From positions 13,336-77,335 of the forward strand of contig CACFAY010000004.1 of NCBI GenBank assembly GCA_902564345.1: a stretch of 64,000 bases of DNA, given 5' to 3'. This stretch comes from an uncultured SAR324 cluster bacterium. Its GTDB lineage: Bacteria; SAR324; NAC60-12. The position numbers and the translations under genes were made by a program. The notes beneath the pieces were generated by a model. That model was not told where the DNA came from. It was given only the letters and a program-made list of their open reading frames with translations, and ran no database searches. This document shows, piece by piece, positions 18,535 to 30,159 of the stretch; position 1 is the first letter of the stretch; each line of letters starts with the position of its first letter.

Positions 18535-20031
18535 TTAAAACTCGGTACGCATAGTTGGAAAGAAAATAACGTCACGGATGGTGGATTGTCCGGTAAGTAA
18601 CATTACTATTCGATCGATTCCAAATCCAATTCCTCCCATAGGAGGCATTCCATATTCCATTGCACGAAGAAAATCTTCATCTAGCGGATGTGTTTCCTTT
18701 TCTCCTCCTCTACCACGTTCGACCTGTTCCTCCATTAATTTGCGTTGAATAACTGGATCATTCAGTTCAGAGTAAGCATTTGCTATTTCCCAACCATTGA
18801 TAAATACTTCAAACCTTTCAATTAATTCAGGATTCTGCCGGGTTTGCTTGCATAAAGGACTTGTTTCTCTGGGATGGTCAGTTATAAAGGTTGGCTGAAC
18901 AAGCTGATCTTCACAGGTTTTTTCAAACACAAGTTGAGTAGCCAATCCACGATTATAATCTCCTTCAAGTTCCCAGCCGTTTTTTTTAAGCAAAATCTGC
19001 ACATCAGAATCGCTCATTGAGTGCAATGAAATTGAGCCTAATTCGTTAATGGCTTCCATCATGGTTAAACGAGGCCAAGGGGCTTTCATGTCAATAGTAT
19101 TACCTTCATATTCAAACTGTGTTTTCCCATTAACTGCAAGTGCACAACGTTCACATATTTTTTCTGTATGATACATGATCTTGTTGTAATCTACATATGC
19201 CTGATAAAATTCCAACATAGAAAATTCAGGATTATGAGTACGGTCAATACCTTCATTTCTAAAATCTTTAACAAATTCAAATACTGCATCAAACCCTCCC
19301 GCAATTAGTCGCTTCAGGTAAAGTTCATTCGAAATGCGCAGAAAAAACTGTTGATCAAGTGCCTTGTGATGCGTAACAAAAGGAGTGGCATTTGCTCCCC
19401 CATACACTGATTGAAGGGTTGGAGTCTCTACTTCTAAAAAACCTTCTTCCAGCAAATAGTTTCGAATTGTCTGAAAAATAAGAGCTCGCTTTTGGAAAAC
19501 TTCAGAAACATGTGGATTTAAAATTAGATCTGCATAACGCTGACGATAGCGAAATTCTTTGTCTTTAACTTCATCGTAAACAACACGTTGTCCATCCTTT
19601 TCCTGAACTTTTGGAATTGGTAAAGGGCGAATAGATTTAGCCAGTAATTCAACTTTACTTGCCCTTAAAGTAACTTCTCCGGTTTTGGTACGCATTAATG
19701 AGCCAGCTACACCTAAATGGTCACCTATGTCACAGAGTTTAAACATTTCAAATACAGATTCACCAACAACATCAAGTCTGATATATACTTGCAGGCGTTT
19801 GTGCTGACTTTGAATGTTGCAGAAACTGGCTTTACCTTTGCCTCTGACTGCGAGCATGCGTCCAGCAATCGTAATTATTTGCTGATTTTCAATTAGTTCA
19901 TCTGCCTGCTCTATTACCTTTAAAATTGTGTGGCTTTGCTCAAAAGAGTAAGGATAAGGCTCTGTCCCCAGTTCACGAATTTTTTCAAGTTTCCCTAGTC
20001 TTATCTGTAGCTGATCTACTTTTTCATCCAT
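18535..20031 (-). CDS. lysS: Lysine--tRNA ligase, class II
   Basis: 498 aa. Class II motifs [20 protein letters not shown] and [16 protein letters not shown], plus an N-terminal OB anticodon-binding region. Confidence 0.95.
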   Translation of the reverse strand: MDEKVDQLQIRLGKLEKIRELGTEPYPYSFEQSHTILKVIEQADELIENQQIITIAGRMLAVRGKGKASFCNIQSQHKRLQVYIRLDVVGESVFEMFKLCDIGDHLGVAGSLMRTKTGEVTLRASKVELLAKSIRPLPIPKVQEKDGQRVVYDEVKDKEFRYRQRYADLILNPHVSEVFQKRALIFQTIRNYLLEEGFLEVETPTLQSVYGGANATPFVTHHKALDQQFFLRISNELYLKRLIAGGFDAVFEFVKDFRNEGIDRTHNPEFSMLEFYQAYVDYNKIMYHTEKICERCALAVNGKTQFEYEGNTIDMKAPWPRLTMMEAINELGSISLHSMSDSDVQILLKKNGWELEGDYNRGLATQLVFEKTCEDQLVQPTFITDHPRETSPLCKQTRQNPELIERFEVFINGWEIANAYSELNDPVIQRKLMEEQVERGRGGEKETHPLDEDFLRAMEYGMPPMGGIGFGIDRIVMLLTGQSTIRDVIFFPTMRTEF

Positions 20032-20144
20032 TGATTTTTTATCATATTAAAGAAGATTTATTTCAAAATTTTAGTTTATTTTATAAAAATACGTAGATTT
20101 ATAAAGTAAATCTTTTTTGTAAGAAAAGTCACATATTGTAACGA

Positions 20145-20171
20145 TTAGCACTACTCCTCATCGAGTGCTAT
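20145..20171 (+). promoter_or_regulatory. CIRCE operator (HrcA binding site) upstream of groES
   Basis: TTAGCACTA-ctcctcatc-GAGTGCTAT compared with the consensus TTAGCACTC-N9-GAGTGCTAA. One mismatch per arm and exact 9-nt spacing. Confidence 0.8.
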
Positions 20172-20329
20172 TTTATACTTGCCTTTAATTATTTTTTGCT
20201 ATATGATTGTTTGTTTATATAAAATCGTGAATAAATATTGTAGAATTACTGATTCACTTAACAGCCCAGCATACTCGTATTGATGCTGAAGCTCAATTAA
20301 ATAAATAAATTATTCCTAAAAGGAGAAAT

Positions 20330-20614
20330 ATGATTCGTCCCTTACAGGACCGCGTGCTAGTGAAGCGCGTCGAAGCCGAAGAAACAACAGCAGCCGGAAT
20401 AATTATTCCGGATACCGCCAAGGAAAAGCCTCAAGAAGGTGAAGTGGTCGCAGTCGGCCCTGGCAAGCGTCTAGATAATGGTTCCGTTCAAGAAATGGGA
20501 TTGAAAAAAGGCGACAAAATTTTGTTCAGCAAATATGGAGGAACAGATGTTAAAGTCGATGGTGAAGATTACTTGATCATGCGTGAAGACGACATCCTCG
20601 GAGTATTGGCTTAA
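20330..20614 (+). CDS. groES: Co-chaperonin GroES
   Basis: 94 aa. [42 protein letters not shown]. Confidence 0.97.
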   Translation: MIRPLQDRVLVKRVEAEETTAAGIIIPDTAKEKPQEGEVVAVGPGKRLDNGSVQEMGLKKGDKILFSKYGGTDVKVDGEDYLIMREDDILGVLA

Positions 20615-20648
20615 TTGAATAAAACAAAAACATTAACATTACAATTAG

Positions 20649-22310
<1,662 letters not shown>

Positions 22311-22340
22311 ATTCCATCCAGAAAACTTAAAAATAAAAAA

Positions 22341-22375
22341 GGCGAGCCATATATCTATTTGACTCGCCTTTTTAA
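22341..22375. terminator. Bidirectional rho-independent terminator between convergent groEL and dksA-like genes
   Basis: An A-tract, then GGCGAG (22341-22346), a 16-nt loop, CTCGCC (22363-22368), followed by TTTTT. Confidence 0.6.
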
Positions 22376-22430
22376 TTTGTGCTAGACTTTATTTTAATTA
22401 TTTACTTAATTCGCAATTTAAAGGCTACGC

Positions 22431-22787
22431 TTATATTTTATCCTCTTTAGCTTCCAGTGACTCTTTGCATATTATGCAAAAAGTTGTCACAGGTCGAATC
22501 AGCAATCTTTCCTCACCAATTTCGTCTCCACAATTCTCACAATATCCGTAAGTCTTTTTTTCAACACGGTCAAGGGCTTCTTCTACCTTTGTAAGAAGTT
22601 TACGTTCACGATCACGTATTCGTAAATTATTTATGTGTTCTGTTTCAAGTGAAGCGCGATCGTTAGGATCTGGGAAAAGTGTACTCTCTTGCTGCATTGC
22701 ATTTACAGTTTCTTCAGACTCTCCCAGAATTTCTGCTTGCATTTCTTCCAAACGAACTTTAATTTTTTTCAGTTGCTTTGCCCGCAC
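22431..22787 (-). CDS. dksA: DksA/TraR-family C4 zinc-finger protein
   Basis: 118 aa, GTG start. Coiled-coil N-terminus and CENCGDEIGEERLLIRPVTTFCIICKE (CxxC-x17-CxxC). Confidence 0.8.
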   Translation of the reverse strand: MRAKQLKKIKVRLEEMQAEILGESEETVNAMQQESTLFPDPNDRASLETEHINNLRIRDRERKLLTKVEEALDRVEKKTYGYCENCGDEIGEERLLIRPVTTFCIICKESLEAKEDKI

Positions 22788-22959
22788 CTTTATTTTCTAA
22801 AAATATGTATCAAAAAGATTAATAAAGTAACACTTCAGTATACATAATTCACCAAAGCAGGAAAGATTTTTCTAAAATTAATTAATGTTAATTTAATCTA
22901 GTGATCCCAATCAGAACATTCACATCAACAATTAGAAAGGTTATTCTAAAGTAACAATC

Positions 22960-23151
22960 TTAATGAGTCCATTCACCATCACTATTAAATATTCTACCGT
23001 CATGTACCTTGAAAATATCCGCAAGTATTTTCTTGCAGACTCTGAAGTTCTTAAAGGACTGATCCTCATTTTTCTCTATATATTTACTGTAACCAACAAC
23101 ATCAGTACCAAAGATTACTGCAATCTTTCTTTCAATTTCTTTGTTGGCCAT
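22960..23151 (-). pseudogene. Truncated N-terminal fragment of a class III adenylate/guanylate cyclase domain
   Basis: The 63-aa ORF ERKIAVIFGTDVVGYSKYIEKNEDQ...HDGRIFNSDGEWTH* matches the start of cyclase catalytic domains (ERKLAAIL.ADVVGYSRLM....GGRI.K.TGDG). It stops after about one third of the domain, and I saw no continuation in other frames downstream. Confidence 0.45.
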
Positions 23152-23196
23152 TTAAGGATTAAAAATAAGTGAGTAGTATTTTGATGACAAAAAAAC

Positions 23197-23823
23197 TTAA
23201 AAATTGGTAAAGATACTGTCATAAAGATTTTGTGCAAATCTATTAATTAATTCACGAATGTTTCCTGAAAGCATCAGACTTGCAGCATTCTCAACTTGGT
23301 TACCTTCTGACTCAGCAATTTTTACCTGAATCTTTTTTTCTCCCCAGACAGTATTACCTTTAGATCTGTCTTTGAGAATTGCCTTCCCTTTAAGTACCGC
23401 TTGCATGCCTTTTGAAACTTGGTCTTTGCTTAATCCTGAAGAAGGTAATTCTAGACTTAATAAAGTAACATTCAGTTGAAGGTCAGCTTGACCTGCTGGA
23501 AGTAGTTTCACTGAGCTATTATTTTGAAGCAAACTTTTTAACTTCTCTGACAGGTCGGTTTCCAAACCCCCCTTAAATGTATTGTTTTGGATTGGTAGAA
23601 CTGCAATCGATTTAGCATCATTGGGTAAAACCGGATTGCTTCCTTCAATTACGTAACCGCAAGATGAAATTAGAATGATGATTCCAACTGCTAAAATGTA
23701 ATTTAATATAAGAACAATTTTCTTGAATTTAAACTCTGAACAGCTATTCAAAAAATATTTAAAGTTGTACACCTTTGTAAATATGAATTGATAAAAACGA
23801 TTTTTTGAAAAGTTTAAAAACAA
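23197..23823 (-). CDS. LptE-like outer-membrane lipoprotein (start uncertain)
   Basis: Lipobox IILISSCGY followed by a pattern resembling LptE (AVLPIQNNTFKGGLETDLSEKLKSLL). The real start is probably an internal or non-ATG codon near KKIVLIL. Confidence 0.45.
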   Translation of the reverse strand: MFLNFSKNRFYQFIFTKVYNFKYFLNSCSEFKFKKIVLILNYILAVGIIILISSCGYVIEGSNPVLPNDAKSIAVLPIQNNTFKGGLETDLSEKLKSLLQNNSSVKLLPAGQADLQLNVTLLSLELPSSGLSKDQVSKGMQAVLKGKAILKDRSKGNTVWGEKKIQVKIAESEGNQVENAASLMLSGNIRELINRFAQNLYDSIFTNF

Positions 23824-23885
23824 TTTATTTATATAAAATCAAGTAATTTCAAAATTTTCACAAATTTGAGACAGATTCAAAAAAA

Positions 23886-25061
23886 TTACAAATAAACCAG
23901 TACTAGTACGCCTGTATAAGTATATAACTGAACTCCCTGAGGCATTTGCGCCAGCTCATAGCCACCATAAAAACCAATAAGAGGAAACTCTCCTAGTATT
24001 TCTCTAATAGCTTCGGTATCTACATTAGGCCTTCCATACAGAGCTTCACCGCGAGAGGAACAGTTAAAATAGATTCCAAAATCTGGTTTGTTACTATTTT
24101 TATTTTTTAAACGTGTAAGCATTGCCCTGATATCAATTTCTGCAGATTTGTGGTTGCGATAAGCAAAAGAAACCACTCCACCCTGAAACACAATTTGTGA
24201 GGTGGTTATTCCTTGGGAATCAACATCTACTCCTGTTAGATGTCGAGCCATCGCCCCTTCACCTGTAAATACAGGTTTTTCAGGGTTGAGCGGGAAGCTT
24301 AGCAGCAACTGCTGTGTAGCTTCTTCCATATCCTTAAACTGAAATTCCTTTGCTACCTCTGTAAAAACCTCCAGTGCAGGATTGCCATCAAGAGAGAGTA
24401 TCAAATCATCCTTAATTTCTGTTACAAACATCGGTTCACCTAGTGTGGCACAAGATTGAGTTACTCCAGCGTTATACTCATTCATTCCCGACATTGCCAA
24501 TCCTCCGGCACCATTAAGAGTAACAATGTCTGGACCAAATTGGATTGATGTTTCCTGACTACCATCATTGCAAGACCCTCCCCCATATACCGAAGGACTG
24601 ATTTTTAGGTAATTAAACATGTTGATGAAATTATTTGGCTGATGCTGGTATACGTCAGGAAAGAAGAAAAAAAGTGAATTCTCATCCCCAAAATTTTCCA
24701 GCGCTTCACGTATCTGCTGAGTAACTCCAGCACTGTTCTCTAATTCCTGATACTTAGCTAATGCCTTGATATGTAATTCAGGAGTAAAGCCCGCCATTAA
24801 AACTAATCCCGGCCCCTGAGTTATTTCACCTTCACCGCTAATCACACCCATACCACTGCAGCCCACAATACTTTGACATTTTGTCTGTTCCTCGATTAAT
24901 TCGTGCAAACGTCCTGCATGAACAAAATGTTCCGAAGTAAAAAAAATAATCACCCAATGAACTTGAGGAATATTTACTTCCTTTATTGCTGAATAGAGAA
25001 CTTCCGCTACAGCAGCTTCAGGATTTGAAGCTCTTGATACTCCTATTCCTATGCGATTCAA
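23886..25061 (-). CDS. FIST (N+C) domain sensory protein
   Basis: 391 aa, TTG start. Overall FIST_N/FIST_C pattern (IIFFTSEHF, GCSGMGVISGEGE, IGFYGGYELA). Assignment from memory. Confidence 0.65.
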   Translation of the reverse strand: MNRIGIGVSRASNPEAAVAEVLYSAIKEVNIPQVHWVIIFFTSEHFVHAGRLHELIEEQTKCQSIVGCSGMGVISGEGEITQGPGLVLMAGFTPELHIKALAKYQELENSAGVTQQIREALENFGDENSLFFFFPDVYQHQPNNFINMFNYLKISPSVYGGGSCNDGSQETSIQFGPDIVTLNGAGGLAMSGMNEYNAGVTQSCATLGEPMFVTEIKDDLILSLDGNPALEVFTEVAKEFQFKDMEEATQQLLLSFPLNPEKPVFTGEGAMARHLTGVDVDSQGITTSQIVFQGGVVSFAYRNHKSAEIDIRAMLTRLKNKNSNKPDFGIYFNCSSRGEALYGRPNVDTEAIREILGEFPLIGFYGGYELAQMPQGVQLYTYTGVLVLVYL

Positions 25062-25229
25062 AGCAATATATCCAATATTTCAGTTAAATTAAATTTGGCA
25101 CTCTGATTGCTCTCGATAAAAGAAAGCAATTTAAAATTATAGTAATTTTTGTTTGCAAATTTATTTGCAATAGTTCGACTCAAATTCACTTTTCATTAAA
25201 GATAACACAGACTGGATAATAGTTCTGCC

Positions 25230-25511
25230 ATGTTTTTTTTATCTTACAATCAATCAAATCTAAAAAAGACCCTATTTGTTGGCAAATTTTTGTTAAGTAC
25301 ATTTTTTTTAGCAGGATTAGTTTTAAAATTGGCAGGATGTAGTGTTAGTAGAACAGTTTGGAAAAATCATGGAGATAGCTGCATTCGAATCTCTGAAAAT
25401 CCTCCTTTAAAAAGAGTTATAAACTACAGTGACCATGACTTGTGCGAAAGAAAATTATCTCCACGAAAAGCTCCAAATCCTAAAATCCGCCATATTACCG
25501 AGAAGGAATAA
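25230..25511 (+). CDS. Hypothetical small lipoprotein
   Basis: 93 aa. Signal peptide with lipobox LKLAGCS. No recognisable family. Confidence 0.4.
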   Translation: MFFLSYNQSNLKKTLFVGKFLLSTFFLAGLVLKLAGCSVSRTVWKNHGDSCIRISENPPLKRVINYSDHDLCERKLSPRKAPNPKIRHITEKE

Positions 25512-25515
25512 ACCT

Positions 25516-26901
25516 TTATGCAAGAGATTTTGTGCCTAAGGATTGGATTACAGATGATGGTACTCCTTCTAAAGAATTTTTATTTGCCTTTGTGATCAGC
25601 ACAATCATTAGATCTCCCGCTTTTTTGGTGGAGTTTTTTATGGAAACAGGATGATTGCCCCGAGTACGTCCTGTTACAGTATTTTTTTTACGGTGATGAG
25701 TCCCTTCAATTAATACTTCCTGCTCAGTTCCGACCAAAGCTTGAAATCTTTCACTTACTATTTTTTCTTGTGTTTCCAGCAAGATCTTTAATCTTTCTGA
25801 TTTAACACTTTCAGATAAATGACCTGGATAATCAGCTGCTTTTGTGCCGGGACGGGGTGAATATTTAAATGAGTAAATTAAATCAAATCGTATTTTTCGA
25901 ATACCTTCAATTGTCATTTCGAACTCTTCATCTGTTTCGCCAGGGAATCCTACAATTATATCTGTTGAAAGAGAGAATTCTGGAATTCTTTCCCTTAGCA
26001 TAGAAATTTTTTGAAAATAAGTTTCCATTGTATACCAACGTCTCATTCTACGTAGAATTCTATCTGAGCCAGATTGAAGGGGAAGATGAAGATGTTCACA
26101 AAGAGTGGGTAGTGAGACAATTGCATCTGCTAGTTTTTCATTAAAATCTTTGGGATGTGGAGAGGTAAAACGCAGGCGCTGCAAACCCTCAAGTTTATCC
26201 AGTAGATGCAAAAGCTCAACAAAATCCACACCATTTGCTATATAAGAATTTACATTTTGACCTAGCAGGCATATTTCCCTAGTTCCAGTTGAAACCAAAC
26301 GTTCCGCTTCTGCAATAATTTGATCGGGTTCTCGGCTTACTTCCAACCCCCTAGTATTTGGGACAATACAGAAAGAACAGTAATTATTGCAACCTTTAGT
26401 TATTGTTAAATGAGATCTGATCCGGGAATGCTGAATTTTTTGAAAAGTATATTCTGGAATAAAATTACGTACTCTTTTCCTATCATAACGCTGTATATTA
26501 GAGATTTTTTCGCCTTTGTATATTTTTCTTAACATCCGGGGTAGTTCAAATAAATTGTCAGTTCCAAAAACAAAATCGACATTAGAATCTCTTCTCAAAA
26601 TTGCTTCTCCTTCCTGCTGAGCAACACAACCACCTATGCCTATTTTTAATTCTGGATTTGCTGTTTTGAGATCTCTTAAACGCCCCAATTCACTGTAAAC
26701 TTTGTGCTCTGCTTTTTCACGTATAGAGCAAGTATTAAGAATAATCAGATCTGCATCCTCATGAGAGTCTGTATGGAAATAGTTTTCATGCCTTAGAACT
26801 TCAAACATTTTATCAGTGTCATATTCATTCATCTGACAACCGTAGGTCTGAATGAAAACCTTTTTTCCGTTTTCACTGTTTTGAGAAAAACTTTTCATCA
26901 A
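25516..26901 (-). CDS. miaB: tRNA-2-methylthio-N6-dimethylallyladenosine synthase
   Basis: 461 aa. UPF0004 N-terminus IQTYGCQMNEYD, radical-SAM motif GCNNYCSFCIVP, and a TRAM C-terminus. Confidence 0.9.
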   Translation of the reverse strand: MMKSFSQNSENGKKVFIQTYGCQMNEYDTDKMFEVLRHENYFHTDSHEDADLIILNTCSIREKAEHKVYSELGRLRDLKTANPELKIGIGGCVAQQEGEAILRRDSNVDFVFGTDNLFELPRMLRKIYKGEKISNIQRYDRKRVRNFIPEYTFQKIQHSRIRSHLTITKGCNNYCSFCIVPNTRGLEVSREPDQIIAEAERLVSTGTREICLLGQNVNSYIANGVDFVELLHLLDKLEGLQRLRFTSPHPKDFNEKLADAIVSLPTLCEHLHLPLQSGSDRILRRMRRWYTMETYFQKISMLRERIPEFSLSTDIIVGFPGETDEEFEMTIEGIRKIRFDLIYSFKYSPRPGTKAADYPGHLSESVKSERLKILLETQEKIVSERFQALVGTEQEVLIEGTHHRKKNTVTGRTRGNHPVSIKNSTKKAGDLMIVLITKANKNSLEGVPSSVIQSLGTKSLA

Positions 26902-26989
26902 AGATTTTAAATTTTTTTATATAAAATAAATGAGTAAATTGATATTTTTCTATTAAATTATTTATTAAATTGTAAATAGTATAAGAATT

Positions 26990-27367
26990 TTAAACTCTAG
27001 TTAACTGAAGTTCCTGCTCGCATATTCCCTTGGCAACATTCAGTAGATCCCTTGGGAATTCTGTGTAATAATCTTTCCCATCTCGTCGCCAGAGAGTCTC
27101 CTCAAACTGCATTCCGTGGGCTGTCGTTTCTATGTATTCATACCATTGATTGTGATACAAAACTTCAAATTTAATAAAAGCATATTTACTCCCATCTTGA
27201 GAAGAATATATATTATTTTCTTTTATCTGGCTTTCATTTTTTTTAAAGGTCGAAAATGTAATGCGAAAGTCAAACTTGCCCCACTGAAAATGAACAAAAC
27301 AGGAATCCGTGGCTGTACCAGCTTTGAAAATATGGTAGTTTTGATGATCTACAGTATAGTTTTTCAC
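26990..27367 (-). CDS. Hypothetical protein (125 aa) between miaB and miaA
   Basis: An ORF with no recognisable motif. Its co-directional position between two tRNA-modification genes supports it being real. Confidence 0.4.
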   Translation of the reverse strand: MKNYTVDHQNYHIFKAGTATDSCFVHFQWGKFDFRITFSTFKKNESQIKENNIYSSQDGSKYAFIKFEVLYHNQWYEYIETTAHGMQFEETLWRRDGKDYYTEFPRDLLNVAKGICEQELQLTRV

Positions 27368-27434
27368 AGTATTACTATTTAATTTATTTTTAGTATTGGC
27401 CTAGTTAAAGATGCTATTTTCCTGCAAAAAGCAA

Positions 27435-28355
27435 CTAATTTTCAAGGTAAACTTTTATATCAGTCAAGATTCGATCCTGTTCAACAGGCTGATACCAATT
27501 CATCTTCGCTTCCCTGCGGAACCATGTCAACTGACGCTTAGCGAATTGACGGGTACGTTTTTGTATTTCTTCAACCATTACTTCCCATTTTAGTTTATTT
27601 TGAAGGTATTGAACAACTTCCCTGTATCCTATAGATTTCATTGGTTTAAGTTCTGCTGAATAGTTGTTCAAAAGCATTTCAACTTCTGCAAGCCATCCTG
27701 AACCAAGCATACTGAGGGTACGTTTATTAATTCTTTGATAAAGTTCACTTCGTTCCCAATTAAGCGCAACTGCACGAAATTGATAAATTGCTTCACCAAA
27801 TGGCTGTTCCAATCGATATGAATATATTGACTTGCCAGTCGAAAGCACAACTTCAAGGCTGCGTAAAATCCTCGAAGTATCATTTGGATGAATAAAATCT
27901 GCATATTCAGGATCATTTTTCTGCAGCAGTTTGAAACAATATTTTGTGCCCTGTTTTTGCTGCCAACCTTCAATTTCCTTACGAATACTCTCAGGAACTG
28001 GCGGTATTTTGCTGATTCCATACATAAGTGACCTGTAATATAAGCCAGTACCTCCAACAAGTATTGGCAAACGTCCTCGCTCTTGAATATTCTTGATAAT
28101 TTTTGAAGTATCGCTTGCATACTGTCCTGCAGAGTAATTTTCATCTGGATTAATTAAGTCAAGCTGATGATGTGGAATTAAATCCTGATCCTGCAAAGAA
28201 GGTTTGGCAGTACCCACATCCATTTTTCGATAAATCTGCATAGAATCAGAACAAATCAGTTCACCATTGAACTTCTTCGCCAAACTAATAGCCACTTCAC
28301 TTTTTCCACTACTTGTTGGACCCGCTACTACAACAATTTTTTGATTAATTCCCAT
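27435..28355 (-). CDS. miaA: tRNA dimethylallyltransferase
   Basis: 306 aa. P-loop GPTSSGKSEVAISLA, DSMQIYRKMDVGTAKP, GGTGLYYRSL. Confidence 0.92.
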   Translation of the reverse strand: MGINQKIVVVAGPTSSGKSEVAISLAKKFNGELICSDSMQIYRKMDVGTAKPSLQDQDLIPHHQLDLINPDENYSAGQYASDTSKIIKNIQERGRLPILVGGTGLYYRSLMYGISKIPPVPESIRKEIEGWQQKQGTKYCFKLLQKNDPEYADFIHPNDTSRILRSLEVVLSTGKSIYSYRLEQPFGEAIYQFRAVALNWERSELYQRINKRTLSMLGSGWLAEVEMLLNNYSAELKPMKSIGYREVVQYLQNKLKWEVMVEEIQKRTRQFAKRQLTWFRREAKMNWYQPVEQDRILTDIKVYLEN

Positions 28356-28384
28356 TAATTTATAATGAGTCAGTGTGAAAATCT

Positions 28385-28930
28385 TTAACCATTAATGCAA
28401 CCTAAAGATTTTTCTTTCTTAAACTCTGCACGGAGTTGCAAAAAAAAATCATCGTAGCGTCCATTTTTTATGTCAGGGAATGTCCAGGGAAAATTCCGAT
28501 AGCCTCCCTTGTCTTTCAATAAAACTAAATCCGCCCAAACACCATTACGCAGATATATTTTATGGGAGCCCTCTTTCTCAGAAAGAAGTACAACACGTGA
28601 CAAATCCAGATACCCAGGGTCAAGATTAATTCTTCTTTTTCCTCTATTGCTCAATTTATCCTCAATATTTATGGTTTTTTCCTTCCAATCAGAAGATAAT
28701 TCAAGATTTTGCAAACCTTTAATGCTCAGGAAGCATCTCTTAAGTCCTTCACCCATTTCTGAAAAATAGTAATCAGTTTGGTCAAAAGGAAATATCTTAG
28801 ATTGATGCTCTATTTCCCAGCTTTTTTTTTGCATTAGGGATTTTGCTTTAATAAGCCACTTAGGATCAGCATAAATTGCCCCAATAATTAACTTTACGTA
28901 TAATTTTTTAATCACTTCGTGTATGTGCAA
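28385..28930 (-). CDS. DUF4416-like protein
   Basis: 181 aa, TTG start. FPFDQTDYYFSEMGEGL...RRINLDPGYL...FPWTFPDIKN resembles my memory of PF14385. Confidence 0.5.
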   Translation of the reverse strand: MHIHEVIKKLYVKLIIGAIYADPKWLIKAKSLMQKKSWEIEHQSKIFPFDQTDYYFSEMGEGLKRCFLSIKGLQNLELSSDWKEKTINIEDKLSNRGKRRINLDPGYLDLSRVVLLSEKEGSHKIYLRNGVWADLVLLKDKGGYRNFPWTFPDIKNGRYDDFFLQLRAEFKKEKSLGCING

Positions 28931-29137
28931 TTTTTTGCAAAATCAACAGTTTTGTTTTGCAAGAGTACAAAATCATTGAACAAGGCATTGTAATGCTCCT
29001 ATAAATTTTCTGAAAAATACTCTATTAACTCCAACAGACATAATAAAATTTAAAAAAAGTTACATATATCATTAAAGTATAATAAGATTTAGCTTATTAA
29101 AACATTTTCTACAAAAACATAAAATTTGAATATCACA

Positions 29138-30154
29138 ATGAGTAAAATCATTCTTGACCCCCAACCTAGAGAAATCAAAGATATTTTTTCCCACAGTAAA
29201 AAAACAACTCTCTATTCATCGCATCACGTAATTGAATTTAAAGGCAAAGATCGACACTCATTTTACAGTGAACAAATTGAAGACGCTGATTTTATCATAG
29301 GTCAACCTGATTTAGATACATCAGTTATTGAACGTTCAAAAAAACTTAAGGCCATTTTTAATGTAGAAGGGAATTTTTTACCTAATATAGATTATCGGGC
29401 CTGTAATCTTAAAGGTATCAAAATTCTGACTCCTTCTTCGGTTTTTGCAGTTCCAGTCGCAGAACTAGCAATTGGCATGATGATCAGTTTAGCCAGAGGA
29501 ATCCATACAGCCCATAGAGATTTTCTAAACGGCAAAGAACTTTATGGCTTAGATGGAAACACTGACAGTGAGTTGATTACTGGGACAGAGGTTGGATTTA
29601 TCGGTTTTGGTGATTTGGGGAAAGCAATTTATTCATTGATTAAAAGCTTTAGACCCACCATTCGAGTATTTGATCCATGGTTGACTTCAAGTTATCTTTT
29701 GAGAGAAGGAGTACTTCCAGCAAGTCTTGAGGAGGTACTTTCTAATAGTCGCTTTGTTTTTGTAGTTGCTGCAGTTACAGATGATAATATAGGTTTGTTA
29801 AATTCGGATAAATTTGATTTGATGCAAAAAGGAGCCTGTTTATTGCTTATGAATCGAGCTGCTATAGTTGATTTTGAATCACTTACTAATTACACATATG
29901 AAGGAAAAATCCGTGTTGCTACTGATGTTTTTCCTGATGAGCCTTTACCCCTAAACCATCCTATCCGGAGTTCCCCAAATGTATTGCTTTCTCCACATCG
30001 TGCGGGTGCACTTAGTTCAGCATTGTTGGAAATGGGAGATTATATTTTGGAAGACCTAACATTGATGGAACAAGGACTACCTCCGCTAAATTGTAAACGC
30101 GCTGAACTAGAAACGGTGGTCTCACTTCGCAGTAAACCTGTTGAAAAAAGTTGA
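29138..30154 (+). CDS. D-isomer-specific 2-hydroxyacid dehydrogenase family, NAD-binding
   Basis: GFIGFGDLGKAI Rossmann motif, VATDVFPDEP, SPHRAG (catalytic His). I chose the ATG (MSKIIL) rather than the upstream TTG at 29126. Confidence 0.8.
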   Translation: MSKIILDPQPREIKDIFSHSKKTTLYSSHHVIEFKGKDRHSFYSEQIEDADFIIGQPDLDTSVIERSKKLKAIFNVEGNFLPNIDYRACNLKGIKILTPSSVFAVPVAELAIGMMISLARGIHTAHRDFLNGKELYGLDGNTDSELITGTEVGFIGFGDLGKAIYSLIKSFRPTIRVFDPWLTSSYLLREGVLPASLEEVLSNSRFVFVVAAVTDDNIGLLNSDKFDLMQKGACLLLMNRAAIVDFESLTNYTYEGKIRVATDVFPDEPLPLNHPIRSSPNVLLSPHRAGALSSALLEMGDYILEDLTLMEQGLPPLNCKRAELETVVSLRSKPVEKS

Positions 30155-30159
30155 TTACA

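Noticed and set aside
27668-28144. 158-aa minus-strand ORF, plus 27411-27593 (+) and 27116-27382 (+)
   Set aside because: These overlap miaA, or the 125-aa ORF, out of frame or antisense. The miaA frame has the P-loop and IPPT motifs.
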